A stretch of 9,209 nt of DNA from contig NW_021827986.1 in assembly GCF_006345805.1 (NCBI RefSeq), positions 1-9,209 on the forward strand, given 5' to 3'. Of the stretch, positions 1 through 7,164 are shown piece after piece (position 1 is the stretch's first letter; each line of letters opens with the position of its first letter). This DNA comes from Octopus sinensis (Eukaryota). The translations under genes and the position numbers were made by a program. Under the pieces are notes generated by a model. That model had not been told where the DNA came from, searched no databases, and saw nothing but the letters and a program-made list of their open reading frames with translations.

Positions 1-448
1 TTTTTTTTGTCATTTAGGTGTCATGTAGATTTTCTGTTCCTTCTGCCTTTCATCTCGTAGAATATTTCACTTTTTCTCTTAAAAAAAAATCTTGTGGTAG
101 TGAGGGGGTAGAAGTAATTATTCGGTGTACAATATAAAACGTAAGGTGAAAGTTCGAATTTACTTAAAGTTTCGTATTCCGTAATTGGACTCAAGCTTCC
201 ATTCTGTCTTTTACATTGACTACTAAATATTTACTCTACTCGCAACCTCTTCTACAAGAACAAAAGATATATAGCAATATTACGACTGTGAAAAGTAAAC
301 TTTAGATGGAATCGGTCTATATACAAAATAATTACTATTATATACCGATATCCCTATCATAAAAGATGAAAGAAAAGTTAAATATTCTGTTAGTTGGAAG
401 ACAGAGAAGAGAAAATGACATGACTTATGAATGATACAAAAATACCAC

Positions 449-676
449 AATTATGGTTTCTAATTTGGGAACAAGGTCAACAGTTTTGAGTGGACGGAGT
501 CAGTTAACACCTCGTGGACAGTATTTGACTAGTACTTTTTTTTTTATCAACCCTTGAAGATATGAAAGACAACTTTGATCTCAACAAGATTTGAACCCAG
601 GTAGGGAAGAATCAAAAGTAATATAACAAAACCTTTTTTTGTCCGATGATCAAACGCTATAACATTCCACAAGGCC
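449..676 (-). mobile_element. Old, degenerate tRNA-derived SINE with a Meta-domain-like central region
   Basis: Minus strand has a B-box GGGTTCAAATC (plus 588-598), followed by a decayed version of the motif gtcgactttgcctttcatcctttcggggtcgataaaataagtacc (here gatcaaagttgtctttcatatcttcaagggttgataaaaaaaaaagtact) and a 3' part ccttgttcccaaattagaaacc. Similarity to a cephalopod SINE is from memory. Boundaries are approximate. Confidence 0.55.
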
Positions 677-765
677 TCATAATGAATCGTGAATTAAAAG
701 TAGAAGATTGGACACTAATTATAATTATGGTAGCAACTCGGTCAGCTTTCTTAAAAATAGTTTAC

Positions 766-788
766 TATTATATATATATATTATTATA

Positions 789-821
<33 letters not shown>

Positions 822-849
822 ATAGTATTAATATATATATATATATATA
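766..849. repeat. (TA)n microsatellite, imperfect
   Basis: Directly visible. Confidence 0.95.
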
Positions 850-957
850 CATAACTACATATAATACTGTAAACAATCGCGAAAGGCTTTGGAAGTTACG
901 GAGAGAAAGCTACTATGGAGGACTGCTAGTATAATCACTATATAATAGTATATAGTA

Positions 958-1335
958 ATAATATTTTATTCTCCGATTTGCAGCGACAGTTTTTAAATAC
1001 AAATAAATGACTGAAAAATGATGAAATAACCCCAGCCAGAACCGAACCCACAAATCAACGCTAATATGGCTCCTTGCGGATTCGATTGGGCCAAATGTTC
1101 ACCCATCAATTTAGTTAATATATACTTAAGCTGTCTAACACTGCATATAACACTTGTAGACAAACGCGAAATTTGGCTGAAATTGATGGGCGAACGTTTC
1201 GCGCCATCGGATGCACAAGGAGTCATGTTAGCGTTGATTTGTGGGTTCGATTCTGGCTGGGGTTAGCTCATTATTTTTCAATCATTTGTCTGTATTTAAA
1301 AAATTATGGCTTCAAATCGGAGAATAAAATATTAT
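958..1335. mobile_element. Fold-back / MITE-like element 1 (378 bp, about 155-bp inverted arms)
   Basis: 958-1112 is the reverse complement of 1180-1335, with about 22 differences in 156 positions by hand. The outer 23 bp (ATAATATTTTATTCTCCGATTTG) match perfectly. The spacer is 67 bp and the flanks are TA-rich. Confidence 0.85.
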
Positions 1336-1360
1336 ATATATATATAATATATATATATAT

Positions 1361-1699
1361 CGGAGACCCCCTTCGGTCACGACACAGACCATGGGATTGC
1401 ACCTAGAAAGTTACCCTTCTAGACACAAGTCCGGGCGAGGTTGCTTATGGAAGACCAGCAGTCGCCCATGCATACCAGCCTCTCCTCTCTACCCCACCAG
1501 TGTTATCCAAGGGAAAGACAAAGGTCGATACAGCTTGGCACCAGTGACGTCGCAACTCATTTCTACAGCTGAGTGAACTGGAGCAACGTGAAATAAAGTG
1601 CCTTGCTCAAGAACACAACACGCAGCCCGGTCCGGGATTCGAGCTCACAACCTTACGATCGTAAGCTTGACGCTCTAACCACTGAGCCATGCGCCTTCA
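1361..1699 (-). mobile_element. Full-length tRNA-derived SINE (339 bp) inserted in (TA)n
   Basis: Minus strand begins TGAAGGCGCA. A-box TGGCTCAGTGG (plus 1679-1689), B-box-like GAGCTCGAATCC (plus 1635-1646), then the central motif CTTGAGCAAGGCACTTTATTTCACGTTGCTCC typical of SINE conserved domains. (TA)n lies on both sides. Confidence 0.9.
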
Positions 1700-1836
1700 T
1701 ATATATATATATGATTTAAAACAATTTGTTTCGGCTCCACGAGTCTTAAAGTTTGGTAGGCTACTAACAGAAACTTGATTCGTTCAAGCTTATATTACAG
1801 AATGAAGAAACACAGGAAGTCCAAGATGGCTACTGG

Positions 1837-1867
<31 letters not shown>

Positions 1868-1881
1868 CACACACACACACA
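1837..1881. repeat. (CA)n microsatellite
   Basis: Directly visible, with one CG interruption. Confidence 0.95.
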
Positions 1882-2234
1882 TCGTTCAGTTATAAGGATT
1901 CATTAAGAACCCATGCATACCAACATGCAAGACGCCAGAACATGTCTTGTCATAGTTACATAGAGCTGACAGCTAAATAATACAATATTGTAGGCAACAA
2001 ATACTAACAGGATACTGTTGTTATCGAAATACCAAGTCCAATTAACAACCAACGGTCCGACTCAGCAGTGGATCCTTGCTGCAGCGTAAGTATAAAATAG
2101 CAACACACAAATGCCATGAAAATTAGTGACAGTTGTTTGGGTAGAACTTAATTCAATGTAGTCAAAAAATATTAGATAATATATTATGCAATTACATCAT
2201 CTTCAGGCATTATTTTAACAGTCAACCAGGGACA

Positions 2235-2304
2235 TATGTATATATGTATATATATTGTATATATATATATATATATATATATAAGATATATATATATATA
2301 TTAT

Positions 2305-2352
<48 letters not shown>

Positions 2353-2355
2353 TAC

Positions 2356-2415
<60 letters not shown>

Positions 2416-2418
2416 ATA
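2235..2418. repeat. (TA)n microsatellite, long and imperfect
   Basis: Directly visible. It accounts for the IYIY ORFs. Confidence 0.95.
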
Positions 2419-2565
2419 TTTGTGAATACTTATAGTCAAAAGTACATTTATATATGCTGAATATTATCATAAAACGAGTATCGTCTTTTAATTATCAGCT
2501 GTCATCAATGTAACAACCGCTGCCAATGAATGTAATAAACTTCAAAGTAACAATTTGTCTTATAT

Positions 2566-2645
2566 ATTTTTTTGTTTTATTTTCTAGGTAAGTGTTGTTA
2601 CGTCATCATAAAAAGGTCACTCAACGTTCTTCTAGATGCGTAAGT
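2566..2645 (+). promoter_or_regulatory. Candidate recursive splice site (3'SS abutting 5'SS) with a 52-nt RS-exon
   Basis: tttttttgttttattttctAG|GTAAGT (AG 2586-2587, GTAAGT 2588-2593), with a second perfect donor GTAAGT at 2640-2645. Confidence 0.5.
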
Positions 2646-2671
2646 AAAGGTTCGCTTGCATGTATGTCTTC

Positions 2672-2724
<53 letters not shown>

Positions 2725-2750
2725 TATATAATATATAATATATATATATA
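2672..2750. repeat. (TA)n microsatellite
   Basis: Directly visible. Confidence 0.95.
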
Positions 2751-2970
2751 TGTAAATATAATATCTGACAATTATTCGATAGCCATGATAAAACTCCGAG
2801 TTTCGGATGTCGGTGCGGAAGCCCACGCCGGCATCTCTTCAGTTATCGGGGTTTTTTTTTCTTTCGATGGCCCGATAACTGAAGAGATGCCGACGTGGGC
2901 TTCCGCCCCGACATCCGGAAGTCGGAGTTTTATCATGGCTACCGAATAATTGTCACATATCATATTTACA
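2751..2970. mobile_element. Fold-back / MITE-like element 2 (220 bp, 100-bp inverted arms, 20-bp loop)
   Basis: 2751-2850 versus the reverse complement of 2871-2970 gives 7 mismatches and no gaps by hand. Ends are TGTAAATAT...ATATTTACA. Confidence 0.9.
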
Positions 2971-3039
2971 GATAAATTCTCTATTTACATAATATCGAGG
3001 GTCTCTTTCATTCATTTGTTATCTTGCCATTTCTATCAA

Positions 3040-3085
3040 TATATCTATATCTATATATGTATATATATACATACATACATAATAT

Positions 3086-3143
<58 letters not shown>

Positions 3144-3258
3144 ATATATTGTACATGTATATATATACATACATACATACATACATACATACATACATAC
3201 ATACATACATACATACATACATTATATATATATATATATATATATTTATGTATATATG
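3040..3258. repeat. Compound (TA)n-(TACA)14-(TA)n microsatellite
   Basis: The TACA tract is at 3166-3221, within TA tracts. Confidence 0.95.
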
Positions 3259-3454
3259 TAACCCTTATGCATATAATTGTTTCTATCTTCATGTATTTTT
3301 TGCATATATTCTTGTATGTTCAACCCAAATACTGATTGCACGAAACCTTCGGTTGGAAAAGCGGTAAACTATTTATCACGAATATACCATATGAATCAAC
3401 TTCTACACAGTTCAAAAATGTGTCAAGTGTTCTTATGTTACCGTACCAAAATCA

Positions 3455-3569
<115 letters not shown>

Positions 3570-3878
3570 TACATTTATTCCTTTATTACGATCGTTTTAA
3601 CAATGCATGGTTCAAGCAAAGCATGAATATAAATAATTGATTATGTAATATTACAAATTGTTATGTCTGATTGACGACCATTTCGTCAGGCAAAGGTCAA
3701 AAAGCAATACAAACGACACATATATGTGCAGACTATAGTCGGAGGATTCTGTAAACACGTAGTGAGGAGGCATACTCTTCTGATATGTAAACAAAATATA
3801 GAATGAAACAGCATCAAGAACAGAAATAATTTTAGTAATCTAAATTAAGATTAGGAGAGCGGATGGAGCTTTCAGTTA

Positions 3879-4285
3879 TTACGGGGTGCGTGCGCTAAGC
3901 GGTGATGTGTGTAAATGCAATGTTATAATCGGTTCCGAAATACCAGTGGCGCGTTCGAACTTGTAAACAAACCATTCATTGTGCTTTGTCAAATGGTGAC
4001 ATTTTTCGCTGTAGACAAATGGTGTCAATACACCTATATCACTTGCAGCGGTTTCTGTAACTGAAGAGGAGATAACTACTCCTAAATGCTTGCATCTCAC
4101 AGTCTGGATAGGTGGCGCTGCGAGCTGGTTTAGGTGCGTTTAGACCATTTGTCTACAGCAAGAAATTTTCTTCATGAGAAAACACAGTGGATTGTTTATG
4201 AGTTCGAACCTGCCACTGACATATTCGAACTGGTAATAACTTTGCATTTACACACACACCACTGCTCAGCGCTCCCGTCCAGTAA
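3879..4285. mobile_element. Fold-back / MITE-like element 3 (old, about 170-bp inverted arms, 65-bp spacer)
   Basis: 3879-4050 is an inverted copy of 4116-4285, roughly 70-75% identical by eye. An identical 16-bp block GCTGTAGACAAATGGT lies at 4008-4023 with its reverse complement at 4144-4159. Confidence 0.75.
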
Positions 4286-4387
4286 TTTGTTTGCGGCGAA
4301 TCGCCGATTAGCACTACCAACAGACTTTCATTGATAGGAATAACATAAGAGAGATTTTCTCTTTTACCAGCTCGGAGCTCCACCCTC

Positions 4388-4586
4388 CGGTTTCTGTGAC
4401 TGAAGAGGAGATAACCACTCCCAAATGCATGCATCTTCACAGTCTGGATAGGTGGTGCTGCGACTTGATTTAAGTGTATTTACACCATTTGTCTACAGCA
4501 AGAAATTTTCTCCGTGACAAACACAGTGAATGACTTGTTTACGAGTTCGAACGTGCCATTGGTATATTCGAACTCGTAATAACATT
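4388..4586. repeat. Direct partial copy (spacer plus most of the right arm) of fold-back element 3
   Basis: 4388-4586 aligns with 4049-4243 (CGGTTTCTGT.ACTGAAGAGGAGATAAC...CACAGTCTGGATAGGTGG...ACCATTTGTCTACAGCAAGAAATTTTCT...). Confidence 0.85.
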
Positions 4587-4775
4587 ACTTTTAATTATTC
4601 TCTACCACCAGAATCTGATTTTTAAGTGAGTGTGTAAACAATGGCCAGAGGCAAGAATTGGCTAAAAACTTTTAAAATATATTCCTTTCAAACATGATGA
4701 TGATGATAATTTAATAATGATTTCATTTATTTGCTCCAGTGTCACTTTGATGGCACTCGCTGCTCTCTCACTCAC

Positions 4776-4825
<50 letters not shown>

Positions 4826-4831
4826 TAATAA
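4776..4831. repeat. (TAA)n microsatellite
   Basis: Directly visible. Confidence 0.95.
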
Positions 4832-5035
4832 GATTGTCTTAACTGGTACATCACACGTATTGAGAAGAGCATTGTCGATGTGAGAATTATTACTACCCGT
4901 GTATATTAATTTAACTAAAAAAAAAAAATGAACGAACAATTGAGTTTAGTTTAATGGCCTACCAATGTATACTATGAGTTTCTTTGCCCTAGGAGTCGGG
5001 AAGACACTCGGCAAGAAATGGAAGCAAATTTGAAA

Positions 5036-5192
5036 GAAAAAAAAAATATAATAATAATAATAATAATAATAATAAGAAGAAGAAGAAGAAGGAGAAGAAG
5101 AAGAGAGAAGAAGAAGAAGAAGAAGAAGAAGAAGAAGAAGAAGAATAACAACAACAACAACAGCAACATTGATGATGATGATGATGATGATA
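5036..5192. repeat. Compound trinucleotide microsatellite A(n)-(AAT)n-(AAG)n-(AAC)n-(GAT)n
   Basis: Directly visible. It accounts for the homopolymeric ORFs at 4972-5251. Confidence 0.95.
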
Positions 5193-5310
5193 ACGACTGT
5201 TTATGCACTCTGATAGAAATTTTAATCTCTAGGCAAGCGGAAGGAAGTTGAAGAAGCTATCAACGTATAAAAGTAATAAAATTGGGAAAACGGTGGAGGT
5301 GGAGGTGGAA

Positions 5311-5334
5311 GGGGTGGGGGGTGGGGTTGGGGGG
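5311..5334 (+). other. G-quadruplex-forming motif
   Basis: GGGG-T-GGGGGG-T-GGGG-TT-GGGGGG: four G-tracts of at least 4 with 1-2 nt loops. Confidence 0.6.
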
Positions 5335-5504
5335 AATTTGAGAGGAAAAAAACATCATTAATAATTGGTAAACGGGGATATGATAAAACTATAACAAATC
5401 TGAGCAATTGACACAGATTGCCATCCCAACAATTAAAATACCCTTACAGTGTACCTCAAATATTCCAAACCAGAAACTTAGTAACACAAATCATACACCG
5501 TATA

Positions 5505-6014
5505 TCTATATATATAAAACTGTAGTTGTGTGAGTGTCTGTCCCCTTCGATTTAGATTCCTAACTCCTCCCACATTTTGCGGTGCAGTTTAACCAAATTC
5601 GGGTATCTTATAGTCGTGATTCATATCGAGCCCGTCTGAGTATTAGCGCGCGTCTACGATGAGTCTACGATTTAAAAAATAATTTAACATCATTTTTTAT
5701 CCATTTTAATGCATAATTTTTCGTGTGTCGATGGCGGCGGAGTTGGCGTCCATGGTCACACCTGCACCTGTTTGCTTCTCCCCCCTTCTTCCCTCCCTCG
5801 TGAAGCTGTGGGGAAGGGAGTTTAAGGAAATAACGTCGTAATGCGTTGTCAAGGAGACCAGCGTTCTTTTAGAACAACGACTTCATGGCTTGAAGACACA
5901 AAACAGAATGGCTAAGAAAGCCCGAATTGGCATCTATAAGGGAAGTAACTCTCTAAAAATGCTTATATAGTTATTTCCCTTACAAATCCGAGCAACGCCG
6001 GGCGATACTGCTAG
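5505..6014 (+). mobile_element. Non-autonomous Helitron (510 bp)
   Basis: 5' end A|TCTATATATATAAAA, 3' end CTAG|T (6011-6014, T at 6015). The subterminal GC-rich hairpin TCCG(A)GC-AAC-GCCGGG at 5987-6002 ends 8 nt before CTAG. Insertion is between A and T with no target duplication. These are all canonical Helitron hallmarks. Confidence 0.85.
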
Positions 6015-6062
6015 TTCCTTATAATCTACACATTCCACAATTAACACGTCATGTAATCTGCG

Positions 6063-6512
6063 CAGTCATCCCGTAATACTTTAACACAAAACCTTTTCAC
6101 ACAGCAACATCACATATACCACACAGTCACTTCTCTACTGCAATACATATTTCGCACACCACATCACTTATTCTACATAAGCACAGCCCTGTACTATAAC
6201 ACAAATTTTACACACTACATCATGTATCCTACGCAAAATCATCTCTGAATACTAACGTGCATATTTCACACACCACTTCAAACATACTACAAAATCATCT
6301 CCCGATACTATAATGCATATTTTACACAGCATATCACATATTCTTCACAATCACTTCTCAATACAAAAACTCAAATTTCACAGCCTTATTCTACATAATG
6401 ACCTGTCAATACAATAACACATATTTCTCAATACCATAACGCATATTTCACAAACGATATTACATATTCATCATAATCACCTCTCGCTAATACAACACAA
6501 ATTTAATACACT
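6063..6512 (+). repeat. Degenerate 56-bp minisatellite, left part
   Basis: Unit resembles CAATCACTTCTCAATACTATAACGCATATTTCACACAGCATATCACATATTCCAC. Unit anchors at 6124, (6180), 6236, 6292 and 6348 are 56 bp apart. There are irregular units at 6063, 6396 and 6474. Confidence 0.8.
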
Positions 6513-6513
6513 G

Positions 6514-6584
6514 TCCTCGGTAGTATAGTGGTAAGTATCCCCGCTGTCACGCGGGAGACCGGGGTTCGATTCCCCGCCGGGGAG
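6514..6584 (+). tRNA. tRNA-Asp-GTC: tRNA-Asp(GTC) copy, 71 nt, lacking one C in the anticodon loop (probable retroposed pseudogene or sequencing indel)
   Basis: Nearly identical to the canonical metazoan tRNA-Asp. Acceptor stem TCCTCGG/CCGGGGA plus discriminator G, A-box TAGTATAGTGG (6521-6531), anticodon stem CCCGC/GCGGG, anticodon GTC (6546-6548), B-box GGTTCGATTCC (6563-6573). The loop is TGTCAC (6 nt) rather than CTGTCAC. Confidence 0.9.
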
Positions 6585-6592
6585 GCTTATTG

Positions 6593-6596
6593 TTTT
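6593..6596 (+). terminator. Minimal Pol III terminator (T4) after tRNA-Asp
   Basis: TTTT starts 9 nt after the discriminator. Four T is the minimal, leak-prone length. Confidence 0.5.
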
Positions 6597-6599
6597 ATA

Positions 6600-6746
6600 G
6601 GCGTAGGAATGGCTGTGTGGTAAGTAACTTGCTTACCAACCACATGGTTCCGGGTTCCGTCCCACTGCGTGGCACCTTGCGCAAGTCTCTTCTACTAAGC
6701 CTTGTGAGTGTATTTGGTAGACGGAAAGTGAAAGAAGCCCGTCGTA

Positions 6747-6812
<66 letters not shown>

Positions 6813-7031
6813 CGTTTCTGTGTCTGTCTTTGTCCTCCCAGCATCGCTTGACAACCGATGCTGGTGTATTTACGTCCCCGTAATTTAGCGGTTCGGCAAA
6901 AGATACCGATAGAATAAGTACTAGGCTTACAAAGAATATGTCCTGGGGTCGATTTGCTCGACTAAAAGGCGGTGCTCCAGCATAGCCACAGTCAAATGAC
7001 TGAAACAAGTAAAATAGTAGAGAGTAGAGAG
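6600..7031 (+). mobile_element. tRNA-derived SINE with an internal (TA)n(TG)n microsatellite and an AGAGT-type tail
   Basis: A-box TGGCTGTGTGG (6610-6620), degenerate B-box GGTTCCGTCC (6653-6662), microsatellite at about 6746-6812, a 3' half with CGATAGAATAAGTAC...CTGGGGTCGATTTGCTCGACT, and a tail TAGTAGAGAGTAGAGAG. It matches an abundant Octopus SINE as I recall it. Confidence 0.9.
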
Positions 7032-7037
7032 TACACT

Positions 7038-7162
7038 ACATCACGTATTATACACAGTCACTTCCCAATAGTATAACACATATTTCACACTCCATATCAT
7101 ATATTCCACGCAATCACTTTTCAATACTATAACGCATATTTCTCACACCATATGAAATATTC
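7038..7162 (+). repeat. Degenerate 56-bp minisatellite, right part
   Basis: Anchors CAGTCAC at 7055 and CAATCAC at 7111 are 56 bp apart and show the same unit as 6063-6512. Confidence 0.8.
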
Positions 7163-7164
7163 AG

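Noticed and set aside
1-146. Polypyrimidine-AG sites at 16-17 and 59-60 with GTAAGG at 141
   Set aside because: The first AG is followed by a weak donor (GTGTCA). The 80-nt candidate exon is T/A-rich with no coding signal. Such motifs are expected by chance in T-rich DNA.
1243-1254. B-box-like GGGTTCGATTCT in fold-back 1, and GAGTTCGAACC in fold-back 3 (about 4200)
   Set aside because: There is no properly spaced A-box or cloverleaf, so neither supports a tRNA or SINE call.
993-1406. Overlapping ORFs with similar peptides on both strands (ALICGFGSGWG / ALICGFDSGWG)
   Set aside because: The similarity is just the inverted arms of fold-back element 1. The same applies to ORFs in 2772-2963 and 3879-4440.
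1652-1665. Perfect 14-bp palindrome CTTACGATCGTAAG
   Set aside because: It is part of the tRNA-derived head (anticodon-arm region) of the SINE, so it is already explained.
1813-1830. Adjacent ETS-like (CAGGAAGT) and YY1-like (AAGATGGC) motifs
   Set aside because: Short motifs with no CpG island or downstream exon structure. Insufficient for a promoter call.
3327-3374. Possible second hammerhead (AAATA-CTGATTGCACGA-AACC TTC GGTT-GGAAAAGCGGTAAAC-TATTT)
   Set aside because: The core would need a 5-nt insertion and there is no credible stem III or cleavage triplet. At best a very decayed relic.
3668-3690. CTGACGA on the minus strand resembling a hammerhead core
   Set aside because: There is no stem II followed by GAAA. 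It is only a 6-bp hairpin.
4049-4586. Repeat-spacer appearance suggesting a CRISPR-like or tandem array
   Set aside because: There are only two long, diverged copies in eukaryotic DNA, explained by partial duplication of a fold-back element.
4972-5251. Poly-I/R/K/N/D and poly-L/F ORFs
   Set aside because: They are translations of the compound trinucleotide repeat, with no splice or domain support.
6590-7008. 97-aa and 137-aa ORFs
   Set aside because: They lie entirely within the SINE and its microsatellite. Such peptides commonly contaminate gene predictions.
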